NCBI GenBank assembly: GCA_016784145.1
Contig: JADHVF010000003.1
Coordinates: 22,048-86,047, forward strand
Reading direction: 5' to 3'
Length of the DNA: 64,000 bases
Source: Patescibacteria group bacterium
GTDB taxonomy: Bacteria > Patescibacteriota > Patescibacteriia > UBA2591 > UBA6264
How positions within the stretch are numbered: the first letter of the stretch is position 1; each line of letters opens with the position of its first letter. Below are positions 41,245 through 51,523 of this stretch, piece after piece. Position numbers and translations under genes: made by a program. Below the pieces are notes generated by a model that searched no databases, was not told where the DNA came from, and saw nothing but the letters and a program-made list of their open reading frames with translations.

Positions 41245-41249
41245 AAAAA

Positions 41250-42674
41250 TTAATTTCTAAAATCAAGCATATTTTTAAAACTATCCCTTGAAAATGTATT
41301 TATGGAATACAAAACTAGGCCATAAACTATTAGAGAACTAATTAACAATAAAATCCAATTAATATTAGTCAAAATTATTAACCATGCTATCATTACTAAA
41401 CTAGCCAGAGTTGTTTTCCAAAAAACTTGTAACAAAGGAAGAAATTTCGTCGTCTTATATATAATAAGGAAAGCAAAAAAAGTAACCAAGAACTCTACCA
41501 AAACAGTTATGTAAGCAGCTCCAATATATGAATATTTCGGAATAAAAAGAAAATATCCAAACAAAGCTATTAAGGCTGATGCTCCATAAAATAATAACAT
41601 TTTTCTCTGCTGTTCGATTGCAATTATTGTATAAGTGACTAAACTGCTAAAGAATATTAACCCAATCGCAAAAATTAATATTTTTAACGGTTGAGCAGCT
41701 ATGGCAAATTCTTGCCCAGCCACAAAAATCATTATTTGTCTAGCAAAAAAATAAACAGAAATTACTAGAGGAAAAACAATTATAACGAAAAAATCAAAAG
41801 ATTTTTGAAAAATTTGATTAAATTTTTGTACATTTTGCTTTGCCCAAGCCCTGGTTAAAGGAGATAGAACCAATCCCATAAAAATAGGAGGAAACATAAT
41901 TAAGGCCTCCAATATTCTATAAGATGCTCCATAAATACCTACTTGGTCTGGACTCTTAAACAAAGAAAGGATAATTGTATCGCCTTTAAAATAAATTGTT
42001 GTAAAAATAATTGAAAGACCGACTGGCCAAGCTTTCTTCAATATATTTTTCCATAAATTAAAATCTATTTTTAATGTTATTGAAATTGTTTTTTTTAATG
42101 ACAAATAAAGAAAAATAAAATTTATAATTCCAGCCATAATTATTGCAAATAAAACTAAAAATATTCCATAATCCAGCCAAACCACCAATCCAATCAAGCA
42201 AACCAAGATAATTCTAGACAAAACCTCTGCACGGGCAACAATCTTCATGTTCATGTTTTTTTGAAAAAACCCTGTAATTAATTGGATTAATGAACCCGTT
42301 AAAAACGAAAGAGAAGTAATAGCAATACCTATTTTTACAATTTTAGAATACTGAGGAATGAAAAAAGCAACCAAAACTCCAATGAAAAGTACAATCGAAC
42401 TTAAAATAATTCTAAGAGTAAAAAAATTACTAATTAATATTTTTTTATTAATGTCTGGCAAAGATAACATTTGAATAAAAATCAAATAAAGACCAAAATC
42501 TGCAAGAATAGCCAAGGCCTGAAGATAAGCTATTATAATAGTAAATTGACCGAATCCAAATTGACCCAGATGTCTTGCTATAAATCCAAAAACAAGTAAA
42601 CTTAAAAAAAGTCCAATTAACTTTCCTAAAAAATGAATAACTGTATTTTTGGCAATTCTTTTAGATAGATTCAT
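41250..42674 (-). CDS. Polysaccharide flippase (Wzx-like)
   Basis: KNT...ADFGL, VGIYGASYR, many TMs. Confidence 0.88.
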   Translation of the reverse strand: MNLSKRIAKNTVIHFLGKLIGLFLSLLVFGFIARHLGQFGFGQFTIIIAYLQALAILADFGLYLIFIQMLSLPDINKKILISNFFTLRIILSSIVLFIGVLVAFFIPQYSKIVKIGIAITSLSFLTGSLIQLITGFFQKNMNMKIVARAEVLSRIILVCLIGLVVWLDYGIFLVLFAIIMAGIINFIFLYLSLKKTISITLKIDFNLWKNILKKAWPVGLSIIFTTIYFKGDTIILSLFKSPDQVGIYGASYRILEALIMFPPIFMGLVLSPLTRAWAKQNVQKFNQIFQKSFDFFVIIVFPLVISVYFFARQIMIFVAGQEFAIAAQPLKILIFAIGLIFFSSLVTYTIIAIEQQRKMLLFYGASALIALFGYFLFIPKYSYIGAAYITVLVEFLVTFFAFLIIYKTTKFLPLLQVFWKTTLASLVMIAWLIILTNINWILLLISSLIVYGLVLYSINTFSRDSFKNMLDFRN

Positions 42675-42749
42675 AATTTTATCATAATCAAGAAATTTCT
42701 TTTAATCAAGTATATTGACGTTAAAAAAAATATATATAAACTAATAAAC

Positions 42750-44288
42750 ATGAATATTAAATATTTATTTTTAATAATATTTATAATAATAATTGCTTTT
42801 CCAAACCAAGTATTAGCCATTACTGGATATTCAGCCCTGCGAACAGGTCAAAATCCTGCGAGTATTCCTGAGCTATATCCCAACCAAATAATTGATTTTT
42901 GGGTTAAATTTAAAAATACTGGAGAGCAAATATGGGAAGGAAGAGGGACAAAAACAGTATCCCTAAGAACAATATCAGGACAAAAAAGTAAATTTTTATA
43001 TACAAATTGGTATAATTCATATACTCCCAATAAATTAAACCCTGTCTTAATTATTGGCTCCAACGAAGAATCTATTTTTCGATTTACTCTATCCGCTCCA
43101 AATAACCTCGGCATGCATTGGGAAAAATTTAATCTTTTTGCAGGCACAAATTTAATTTCTGGCGGAGAAATTGAAATAGGAATTAAAGTTGTTTCACGCG
43201 AACAAGAAGTCACAGCAATAACAGACCCAATTATAATAGAAGAAGAAGTAATTGAGATAGATCCTATAACAAAAGCTGACCCGATTATACCAACCCAAAC
43301 ATACTATTGGCAAGTAATCCCAAGCAATATAAATATTTTGAATAATCATATTTGGCCAACCAATGCCAATGGACCTGAAATTGAAATTGGTCTACTTTTT
43401 GTAGAAAAACAAGAAAAACCTGATTATTTACCATTTAAAATATCATCTTTAAATAATACTAGTTATGATATTTATGACCAAGACAATAAGCTACTAGTTC
43501 GCAATACATCCGGAGAATTGATTGAAGTTGATTATGATTATTCTCTAAATCGTTATTTTTTAAATTCAAGTGATGGTCAAAGAATTTTGATGACTGATTC
43601 TAAAATAAAACTTGCCAGTCCAAATGAAGAAGAAATTATATTCAAAATAGATAGTTGGCAAAGAGGACAATTCTGGGATGGAGGCATAAACGACAATGAA
43701 TTTAGAGATAAAATAGAAATAAAATATAATCCAAACACTGAACGATTATGGTTAGTAAATGAATTACCAATAGAGAAGTATCTTAGAGGATTAGCCGAGG
43801 TAACCGACAACACTCAGTCAGAATTTTTAAAAACCCAAGCCATTGCAGCTAGAACTTATGCTGCTTTTCGATTATTGACTCCGAAATACACAAATACTCC
43901 TGATGGGAATCCGTTTTTTACAGTCCGGGCCACTCAGGCTGATCAAGTCTACAGAGGATATAACAAAGAAAAAAGAGCCCCCAATATGTTAAATGCAATC
44001 AATCTAACCAAAGGAATATTGGCTGTTTATGAAAATGATCCAATTTTAGCTTATTATTTTGCTCAAAGCAATGGTCAAACAATCGCTTCTCATCAAGCCA
44101 GAATGACTAATTCTCCTGTAAATTACTTGCAATCAAAAATAGACCCTCCGGGACAAGGAAAACAATTAATTGGTCACGGCGTTGGACTGCCTCAAAACAG
44201 CGGCATCACAGCAGCTAGTCAAGGTGCAAATTATTCTCAGATATTAAAATATTATTATTCTGGAATTGATCTAAATAGAGCATATTAG
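42750..44288 (+). CDS. SpoIID/LytB-domain secreted protein with an N-terminal Ig-like domain
   Basis: Signal peptide, KNTGEQIW, VNELPIEKYL, QAIAARTY, DQVY, GHGVG, ILKYYY. Confidence 0.85.
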   Translation: MNIKYLFLIIFIIIIAFPNQVLAITGYSALRTGQNPASIPELYPNQIIDFWVKFKNTGEQIWEGRGTKTVSLRTISGQKSKFLYTNWYNSYTPNKLNPVLIIGSNEESIFRFTLSAPNNLGMHWEKFNLFAGTNLISGGEIEIGIKVVSREQEVTAITDPIIIEEEVIEIDPITKADPIIPTQTYYWQVIPSNINILNNHIWPTNANGPEIEIGLLFVEKQEKPDYLPFKISSLNNTSYDIYDQDNKLLVRNTSGELIEVDYDYSLNRYFLNSSDGQRILMTDSKIKLASPNEEEIIFKIDSWQRGQFWDGGINDNEFRDKIEIKYNPNTERLWLVNELPIEKYLRGLAEVTDNTQSEFLKTQAIAARTYAAFRLLTPKYTNTPDGNPFFTVRATQADQVYRGYNKEKRAPNMLNAINLTKGILAVYENDPILAYYFAQSNGQTIASHQARMTNSPVNYLQSKIDPPGQGKQLIGHGVGLPQNSGITAASQGANYSQILKYYYSGIDLNRAY

Positions 44289-44313
44289 TTTTTGTAAAAA
44301 TTTATAAAAAAAG

Positions 44314-44346
44314 AAAAACAGGGCATTTTTTTTGCCCTGTTTTTTT
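44314..44346. terminator. Bidirectional intrinsic terminator
   Basis: AAAAACAGGGCA...TGCCCTGTTTTT. Confidence 0.8.
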
Positions 44347-44353
44347 AATAATT

Positions 44354-44794
44354 TTAAATCCTCCTTACTAGTCTTTGTTCTTCCTTGCAAGAAACACAAT
44401 GAGTTGTGTGTGGAACATGCTCAAGCCTTTCTATTGGAATTGGTTCACCACAATCAATACAATAGCCATATTTTTCCAAAAATTGCACTAATCTTTCTCT
44501 TGACTGAATTAAATTCTCAAGAAAATCTTCCTGCCTATATATATTATTATACTCCATTTCTGTGTTTTTTGAAATACTAGCAGTTGTACCATCTTCTATT
44601 CCTTCAAACCCATTATTTGATTTATTCAAGGCTAAAACTCTTTTAAGTGCTCCTTTCTTTGCTTTATTCGCTTTATGAATATGTTGATCAATTGCGCTTG
44701 CAATTTTCCACACTCTTTCATTGTTACATTTTTTTAACTTAATCTGCTGTATCATAGTAAAATACATAAGATCTTTAAATGTTTGTTCTGCCAT
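44354..44794 (-). CDS. TraR/DksA C4 zinc-finger protein
   Basis: YGYCIDCGEPIPIERL..P.TTHCVSC. Confidence 0.85.
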   Translation of the reverse strand: MAEQTFKDLMYFTMIQQIKLKKCNNERVWKIASAIDQHIHKANKAKKGALKRVLALNKSNNGFEGIEDGTTASISKNTEMEYNNIYRQEDFLENLIQSRERLVQFLEKYGYCIDCGEPIPIERLEHVPHTTHCVSCKEEQRLVRRI

Positions 44795-44884
44795 TTACTA
44801 CTCCTTTTTTTTATTTTTTTAATGAACCCATTGATATAACTAGGTAATAGATATTATATAATAATTACCTAAAAAAGTCAATAT

Positions 44885-44914
44885 AAAAACTGCTCTTTTT
44901 ATGGAGCAGTTTTT
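44885..44914 (-). terminator. Intrinsic terminator
   Basis: AAAAACTGCTC...GAGCAGTTTTT. Confidence 0.75.
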
Positions 44915-44924
44915 GATTGAAAAT

Positions 44925-45107
44925 TCAGCTATTACATGATTTAAAGTAAGCATACATTAGTATTCCACACGGAATAAACAAGATACTAATAGAAATAATC
45001 GTAACCAAGATTCCAATAAATATAACAATCGGAAGTAAAGCGCAAAAAAATAAATAACCGATTGATTCAATGCCTCTTTGTAGCTGAAAACGTGTATTTG
45101 AATTCAT
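44925..45107 (-). CDS. Small hypothetical membrane protein
   Basis: AAGGAGG SD before ATG 45107, own promoter and terminator. Confidence 0.55.
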   Translation of the reverse strand: MNSNTRFQLQRGIESIGYLFFCALLPIVIFIGILVTIISISILFIPCGILMYAYFKSCNS

Positions 45108-45165
45108 GTTTCCTCCTTTTTTTAATGATAATGACAGCATAACAAATTTAAGGGATTTGTCAATA

Positions 45166-46323
45166 TTAGATATATTTAATAGTTGTATTTTTTAAAGCTA
45201 ATTTTATCAATTTTTTGATTTTTAATTTTTTAATTGCTTGGTCAACTTCTTTAATATTAGATTTTGTAGCTGGATGTTTTGGTAAAAACCTAGAACAACA
45301 ATCCTGGTCAGGCAAAATTGATATTTCATAAGTATTAATTTGTTTTGCTAAGTTAATTATAGCTTGTTTATTTTTTCCAACCAAAGGCCTAAAAATAAGC
45401 AAATCAATTGCATTGTTTATTACAGCCATGTTAGCAATTGTTTGCGAAGCAACTTGTCCTAAATTTTCTCCTGTTACCAGGGCTATAATTTTCTCTTTGG
45501 TTGCCACTTGCTCTGCTATTCTTAACATAAATATTCTATACAAAACAACTCTTAATTTGCCAGGGCATTTTAAAAAAATTTCTTGTTGAACATCTGCAAA
45601 AGGAACTAAATAAAGTTTTGCCTTGTTCTTTGCTTTAGATAATACTTGAATTACTTTAATTACCTTGTCTACTGACTCCTTGTTCGTATATGGATAAGCA
45701 TGAAAATGAATGAAAATCAACTCTACTCCTCTTTTAGCCATTAAATAAGAGGCCACTGGCGAATCAATGCCACCAGAAATCAACGATAATGCCCTGCCAC
45801 TGACACCAACTGGCAATCCCCCATAACAAATTATTTTTTCAAAATAAATAAAAGCATATTTTTCAACTATTTCAATAAAACATGTTAAGTCAGGGTTTGT
45901 TAAATTGATTTTCTTTTTGTTCATTTTTTTAAGAAGAAAAACAGCTATATTTTTATTTATATCCGGAGAAAGCATTGGAAAATCTTTTTTTGACCTCTGT
46001 GTTAACACTCTAAATGTTTTAAATTTCTTTTTTTCAATTAATTCAAAAATAATTGTTTGAATTGATTCAATATCTTGTTTAGCGCTATAAGCAAAGGCAA
46101 AATAAGCAAGTCCAAAAACATCTTTTAACTTAGTTGTTATTTCAACTATATTTTTTTCTCCTTTAGACGATAATTTAACAATAATTCTCCCCGAGATCCT
46201 TTTAATAAAAACAAAGAAAGCATTATCAATGTTTGTTTGAATATTGGTTACTAATTTTTCTTCAAAAAATCTCCGATTTTTCCCTTTTATTCCAATTTCA
46301 TCATAATGACAAATAATATACAT
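45166..46323 (-). CDS. thiI: tRNA 4-thiouridine synthase ThiI
   Basis: EIGIKGKNR, THUMP, GGLPVG, SGGIDSPVA, LGQVASQT. Confidence 0.96.
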   Translation of the reverse strand: MYIICHYDEIGIKGKNRRFFEEKLVTNIQTNIDNAFFVFIKRISGRIIVKLSSKGEKNIVEITTKLKDVFGLAYFAFAYSAKQDIESIQTIIFELIEKKKFKTFRVLTQRSKKDFPMLSPDINKNIAVFLLKKMNKKKINLTNPDLTCFIEIVEKYAFIYFEKIICYGGLPVGVSGRALSLISGGIDSPVASYLMAKRGVELIFIHFHAYPYTNKESVDKVIKVIQVLSKAKNKAKLYLVPFADVQQEIFLKCPGKLRVVLYRIFMLRIAEQVATKEKIIALVTGENLGQVASQTIANMAVINNAIDLLIFRPLVGKNKQAIINLAKQINTYEISILPDQDCCSRFLPKHPATKSNIKEVDQAIKKLKIKKLIKLALKNTTIKYI

Positions 46324-46411
46324 AATATGTATTATAACAATAATTTATAATATGTGATACATTAAAACAGGATTTACAAATTTTTCTTTTTGCTTTATAC
46401 TTATAAAATAT

Positions 46412-46485
46412 CGGGACGTGGCCTAGAGGCTTAAGGCGCCTGCTTTGGGAGCAGGAGATCGGGAGTTCGAATCTCCCCGTCCCGA
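46412..46485 (+). tRNA. tRNA-Pro(TGG)
   Basis: CGGGACG/CGTCCCG; CCTGC-TTTGGGA-GCAGG. Confidence 0.95.
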
Positions 46486-46524
46486 CTTTTTATCATTAAT
46501 TCTATTAAATTAAAAAGTTGTATT

Positions 46525-47442
46525 ATGTTGGATTTAGTTATTATTGGTGCTTCAGCAGCAGGTGCTTCAGCAGGAATTTATGCTGCTCGCCAAAATTTAA
46601 ATTTTAAAATTATTACAATTGAAACCGGAGGAGAGGTGGCTATTTCTGGACAAATAAAAAATCTCCCTGGCTGGGGAGAAACAAATGGAGCTGATGTTTC
46701 TAGAAAATTCCAAGAACATCTTGGTTTTTATGGTATAAAACCAATCACAGGCATTAAAATAAAAAATATAAAAATTTTAGATGATAAATCATTAGAAATT
46801 CTAGCTGAAAAAGATGAAAAAAAAATTAAATATCACTCTAAAACCATAATCATTGCTACTGGTGTTCGCCCTAGAGAATTAAATATTCCAGGAGAAAAAG
46901 AATTCAGAAACAAAGGACTTAGTTATTGTACTGTTTGTGATGGACCTTTGTTTAACAACAAAACAGTAGCTATTATTGGCGGAGGCATGTCAGCCATGGA
47001 ATCAGTGTTAATGATGGATAAAATTGCATCTAAAATTTATTTAATCAATAAAAATCCTCAATTCAAAGGAGAAATAAGAACAATTGAAAAAATAAAAGCA
47101 GCGCAAAAAGTAAAAATTATTTACAATGCCCTGACTAGCAAAATTATTGGAACCAATTTTGTAAAAGGACTAGAATATAAAGATGGAAATAATCAAATTA
47201 AAGAATTGAAGATTGAGGGGATTTTTGTACATATTGGTATGACAACCAACTCTGATTTTATCCCAGCAGAACTAGATACAAATAAATTTAATGAGATTAA
47301 AATAAATAAAACTTGTGAAACCAATATTCCTGGCATTTTTGCTGCTGGAGACATTACTGACATTCCTCACAAACAGATAGTTATTGCTTCTGGACAAGGA
47401 GCATGTGCCGCTTTATCAGTAATCAAATATTTAAACAAATAA
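46525..47442 (+). CDS. trxB: Thioredoxin reductase
   Basis: YCTVCDG, FAAGD, FAD-binding N-terminus. Confidence 0.9.
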   Translation: MLDLVIIGASAAGASAGIYAARQNLNFKIITIETGGEVAISGQIKNLPGWGETNGADVSRKFQEHLGFYGIKPITGIKIKNIKILDDKSLEILAEKDEKKIKYHSKTIIIATGVRPRELNIPGEKEFRNKGLSYCTVCDGPLFNNKTVAIIGGGMSAMESVLMMDKIASKIYLINKNPQFKGEIRTIEKIKAAQKVKIIYNALTSKIIGTNFVKGLEYKDGNNQIKELKIEGIFVHIGMTTNSDFIPAELDTNKFNEIKINKTCETNIPGIFAAGDITDIPHKQIVIASGQGACAALSVIKYLNK

Positions 47443-47445
47443 AAA

Positions 47446-47497
47446 TAATTAATAAATGATTATTAATTATTGATTAGTGATTAGCAATTATTGATTA
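47446..47497. repeat. Short degenerate heptamer tract
   Basis: TGATTAT/TGATTAG units between convergent trxB and tkt. Confidence 0.7.
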
Positions 47498-47518
47498 AAG
47501 GCCAGCCTACTGAGAAGC

Positions 47519-49357
47519 TTATGCTCTCAGTATTTTTTTTGTTTTAGAAATAATTGCATCAGAAGAAATTTCTTCAAAATTAAGTAATGTTTGTGTTGCT
47601 CCGCTTCTAGGAATTTTATTAACTGCTAATGAATAAATATTATAATCGCAATCACTTAAAATACTTTTAATTGCTTCTCCAATGCCTCCATCAGGATAAT
47701 GGTCTTCAACAGTGATTATTGATTTAATGTTTCCAATTGATTTTACTAATAAATCTTTGTTTATCGGTTTTATGCTATAAAGGTCAATAACTTTTACAAA
47801 TATATTCTGTTCTTTTAATTCTTTATATGCCTTAATTGCTTGATGAAGAGTAATGCCAGATCCAATGATAACCACTTTGTCATTGTTTGATTGTCGAACA
47901 ATTTTATTATCTCCAATTAAAAAATCTTCGTTGGATTCGTAAATAACAGGAGTATTATTCCTCGTTGTTCTAATATAAACCAGCCCTTTGTGTTCAGCAG
48001 CCTTAAGAATTAATTTTTCCATTGACATGGCATCGCTTGGATAAAGAACAACACTCTTTAATATGCTGCGAAACATTGATATGTCCTCTAATCCCATTTG
48101 AGACGGCCCATCTTGTCCGATTGAAACACCAGCATGAGAACCAATAAATTTTACATTATTATTAGAATATTGTGACATCCTAATCTGATCAAATCCTCTT
48201 GTTAAAAAAGCTGAGAAACTAGATACAAACGGAATCTTGTTTCTTAATGACAACCCTAATGCCGTTCCGACCATATTTTGTTCGGCAATAAACATTTCGA
48301 AAAAATTATTTGGGAATTTATCTTTAAAATCTTTAGAAAAAGTTGAATTACTAACATCTCCATCCAAAACAACTATATTAGGAAACTTGTGAATAATTGA
48401 AATTAAAGCATTTCCATAAACTTTTCTAGTGGCAACCTCTTCTCCTTGCTTATATTTTGGGATTTTAATTAAATCTATTGATTTGTTGTTTGGTTGTAAA
48501 TTATCGGGCTTTAAAAATTTAACTCTAATTTTTTTATCAATATCACCAAGCTCTTTAATTGCTTTAATTGCTTCATTATTATCTAATACTTTGCCATGAT
48601 ATCCATTTTTGTCTTCTAAAAAACTAACTCCCTTGCCTTTTATTGTTTTGGCAATAATCATTATCGGCGCTTTAGTTGATTTTAAGGCCTTGTTATAGGC
48701 TCTATTAATTTGTGGCAAAGAGTGTCCATTTTTTATAACAACAACCTGCCAGCCAAAAGATTTTAATTTGTTTTTGTAGGACTTTATGTCGTGCCCATAC
48801 ATTGTTTCGCCACATTGACCCAGGCGATTAACATCCAAAATACCTATTAAATTATTTAACTTATAGTGGGCTGCTAATTGAATTGCTTCCCACTGAGACC
48901 CTTCAGCCATTTCTCCATCTCCTATTAAAACAAATGTTTTGTATGGCAATTTGTCTAAATATTTGGCATTTATAGCCATGCCAACGCCTATTGATAATCC
49001 TTGTCCAAGAGACCCTGTAGCTGCTTCGGCGTATTTAAACCTTGAAGTAGGGTGACCTTCAAGATTGCTCTTAAACCTCCTTAAACACATCAAATCTGCT
49101 TCTTTTATCGCTCCTACTATAGCCCATAAAGAATAAAACAAAGGACTAGCATGCCCTTTTGAAAAAATAATCCTATCATTATTTGGGTTGGCAATGTTAT
49201 TCAAATCAAACTTAAATTTTTTGTTAAAAAACAAGCCAACCATTAATTCAACTGCTGAAAAAGATGAAGTTGGATGACCAGATTCTGCTTTAGTAGTTGA
49301 TTTTATAATCCAATATCTGATTAATTTTGATATTTCTTTTAATTTGTTCAAATCCAT
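47519..49357 (-). CDS. tkt: Transketolase
   Basis: SGHPTS, SKGHA, TGSLGQG, GDGE, IAEQNM, DGPSQ. Confidence 0.95.
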   Translation of the reverse strand: MDLNKLKEISKLIRYWIIKSTTKAESGHPTSSFSAVELMVGLFFNKKFKFDLNNIANPNNDRIIFSKGHASPLFYSLWAIVGAIKEADLMCLRRFKSNLEGHPTSRFKYAEAATGSLGQGLSIGVGMAINAKYLDKLPYKTFVLIGDGEMAEGSQWEAIQLAAHYKLNNLIGILDVNRLGQCGETMYGHDIKSYKNKLKSFGWQVVVIKNGHSLPQINRAYNKALKSTKAPIMIIAKTIKGKGVSFLEDKNGYHGKVLDNNEAIKAIKELGDIDKKIRVKFLKPDNLQPNNKSIDLIKIPKYKQGEEVATRKVYGNALISIIHKFPNIVVLDGDVSNSTFSKDFKDKFPNNFFEMFIAEQNMVGTALGLSLRNKIPFVSSFSAFLTRGFDQIRMSQYSNNNVKFIGSHAGVSIGQDGPSQMGLEDISMFRSILKSVVLYPSDAMSMEKLILKAAEHKGLVYIRTTRNNTPVIYESNEDFLIGDNKIVRQSNNDKVVIIGSGITLHQAIKAYKELKEQNIFVKVIDLYSIKPINKDLLVKSIGNIKSIITVEDHYPDGGIGEAIKSILSDCDYNIYSLAVNKIPRSGATQTLLNFEEISSDAIISKTKKILRA

Positions 49358-49987
49358 TTATTTATTCTTTAAAAGGTTAAGTTGACTAGATATATTCTTG
49401 GAATTAAATACCCCCGAACCAATAACTAAATAATCTGCTCCTGCTTTTTTTATTTCAGAAATATTAGTTAAGTTTATGCCACCATCAACCCCTATTTTTA
49501 TGTTTGAATTAAATTTTCTCAATTTTTTTATTTTAGCAAGAACAGGTAGCTGGAACTCTTGCCCTCCAAATCCTGGCTTAACTCCTAAAAACAAAACCGC
49601 ATCAACTTGATTCAAAAAAGGTTTTATCTTGGCTACTTCAGTATTAGGATTAATTGCAATTCCTTTTTTAAAATCATATTTATTCATTCTCTCTAAAACA
49701 AACGAAACATCATTAACAGCTTCATAGTGGAAAATAACTCTTTTAGCCTTTATTTGTTTGCAAGCTTCTAAATATTTTTCCGGATTCAATGTCATTAAAT
49801 GAACTTCTATATTAAAGTTTAACTTAATATTTATTAAATCATTAAGATTAACTGAACTATTGTCAACAAATTTTTTGTCCATAATATCTATTTGAATCCA
49901 GTCAACAATATTTTCGATTTTGACTATCTTGTTTTTAAAATCTGTTAAATTATTTGTTAAAATTGCTAAAGTAATTTTTTGCTTCAT
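49358..49987 (-). CDS. rpe: Ribulose-phosphate 3-epimerase
   Basis: DIMD, EVHLM, PGFGGQ, VDGGIN. Confidence 0.93.
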   Translation of the reverse strand: MKQKITLAILTNNLTDFKNKIVKIENIVDWIQIDIMDKKFVDNSSVNLNDLINIKLNFNIEVHLMTLNPEKYLEACKQIKAKRVIFHYEAVNDVSFVLERMNKYDFKKGIAINPNTEVAKIKPFLNQVDAVLFLGVKPGFGGQEFQLPVLAKIKKLRKFNSNIKIGVDGGINLTNISEIKKAGADYLVIGSGVFNSKNISSQLNLLKNK

Positions 49988-49992
49988 TTTTA

Positions 49993-50433
49993 TTATTCAA
50001 TTTCCTTAATTTTGTTAAGACGACGTTGATGCCGAGAAGCATGACTAAACTCTGTATTAAGCCAAGCTTTAATAATTTTTTTTGCCTTATAAAAACTAAT
50101 ATGGTTATGTCCTAGACATAAAATATTTGTATTATTGTGTTGTCTGGCTCTGCTAGCCATTTTTTTATTAAAAACATTAGCAGCCATAATTCCTTTAACC
50201 TTATTAGCTGTGATACAAACGCCTATGCCTGTATCACAAATTATTATTCCTCTGCTATCTTTATTATTTTTGACCATCCTAGCAACCTTGATGGCAAAAT
50301 CTGGATAATCATCTTGTTTATCAATATCAAAACTACCTAAATCTTCATATTTAACATTTAATTTAACTAAATATTGTTTAATTTTTTCTTTTAAATTAAA
50401 TCCAGCATGGTCAGCCCCAATAAAAATTTTCAT
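49993..50433 (-). CDS. rpiB: Ribose-5-phosphate isomerase B
   Basis: GADHAG, DDYPD, ANKVKG, HNN, RHQRR. Confidence 0.95.
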   Translation of the reverse strand: MKIFIGADHAGFNLKEKIKQYLVKLNVKYEDLGSFDIDKQDDYPDFAIKVARMVKNNKDSRGIIICDTGIGVCITANKVKGIMAANVFNKKMASRARQHNNTNILCLGHNHISFYKAKKIIKAWLNTEFSHASRHQRRLNKIKEIE

Positions 50434-50462
50434 ATTATTATTATATCAAAAAATATTAAATT

Positions 50463-50924
50463 TTAAAACATTTTTTCAATTAAATCATTAATTTGTATCT
50501 TGTTTTTATCACAAAATCCGGCTTGAACCTCTAAAACATATTTAATTGGTTGATTTGGCTTAAATTTAGCAGGAAAAGAAGCCGGGTCAATGTTTTTATT
50601 AATGTCAGCAATATAAAAGTCCTCTTTTACCCAAATAATATCTATTGGAAAATTCATGTCCTTCATCCAAAATGAATATTCGCCTGGTTTTTTATAAACA
50701 AAAAACATACCAAAATCTTCTGGTATATTTTTTCTACTTGAAAGACCTTTGGCTCTCTGACTAAAAGTATCAACAACTTCTACTTTAATTATCTGATTAT
50801 TAATTTTTAATTTATAATTATTGTTATGATTTTTTATTAAATTAGCACTTATATTTATCCAAGCAATAAAAATAACCAATAATCCTAAAAAAATAACTCC
50901 TGTTTTTAAAAATAATTCACTCAT
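50463..50924 (-). CDS. DUF192-family protein
   Basis: GLS.R, GMFF, FWMKDMNFPIDIIW, YVLEV. Confidence 0.88.
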   Translation of the reverse strand: MSELFLKTGVIFLGLLVIFIAWINISANLIKNHNNNYKLKINNQIIKVEVVDTFSQRAKGLSSRKNIPEDFGMFFVYKKPGEYSFWMKDMNFPIDIIWVKEDFYIADINKNIDPASFPAKFKPNQPIKYVLEVQAGFCDKNKIQINDLIEKMF

Positions 50925-51469
50925 TTTAATACTGGCTCAATAAATGCCTTTAATTGATTTAATTCAACAGCCCCTTGAAACCTATTAATAATTTTTCCTG
51001 TCATGTCAATAAGAATGTGTTCTGGGGTTCCTCTAACTGAATAATATTTTGAAACATTACCCATTAGGTCAACTGAAATAAAAAAATTTATATTATTATC
51101 TTTAATATATTTTTGAATCTTTTCTTTGGATTCTCCACCAACAATTGCAATTATTTGAATACTATTTTTATATTCTTTGTTTAATTTTTTTAAACTTGGC
51201 AACTCTTTTATACAAAAAGGACATGTTGTTGACCAAAACAATAAAAGCACTGGTTTTTCTTGACGAAACATTGATAAATTCATCTTTAGTCCAGCTGGAT
51301 TTTCCAATATAAAATCAGGGGCCAGCCATCCAATAACTGGTTTTTCTAAAACACCTATTTCCTCTTGTTTGCTTTGTTCTGTTAAAGTGGTACTATTTTT
51401 TAGTATAAAAATAAAAACAACAACTAACAACAACAAGATTAATAAAATTATTTTATATTTAATTTTCAT
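50921..51469 (-). CDS. TlpA/ResA-like membrane-anchored redoxin
   Basis: APDF, FWSTTCPFC, GTP. Confidence 0.88.
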   Translation of the reverse strand: MKIKYKIILLILLLLVVVFIFILKNSTTLTEQSKQEEIGVLEKPVIGWLAPDFILENPAGLKMNLSMFRQEKPVLLLFWSTTCPFCIKELPSLKKLNKEYKNSIQIIAIVGGESKEKIQKYIKDNNINFFISVDLMGNVSKYYSVRGTPEHILIDMTGKIINRFQGAVELNQLKAFIEPVLK

Positions 51470-51523
51470 AAAACTAAAAGGAGTAAAATTTTACTTTTAA
51501 CTCCTTTTAATAATCCAAATATA

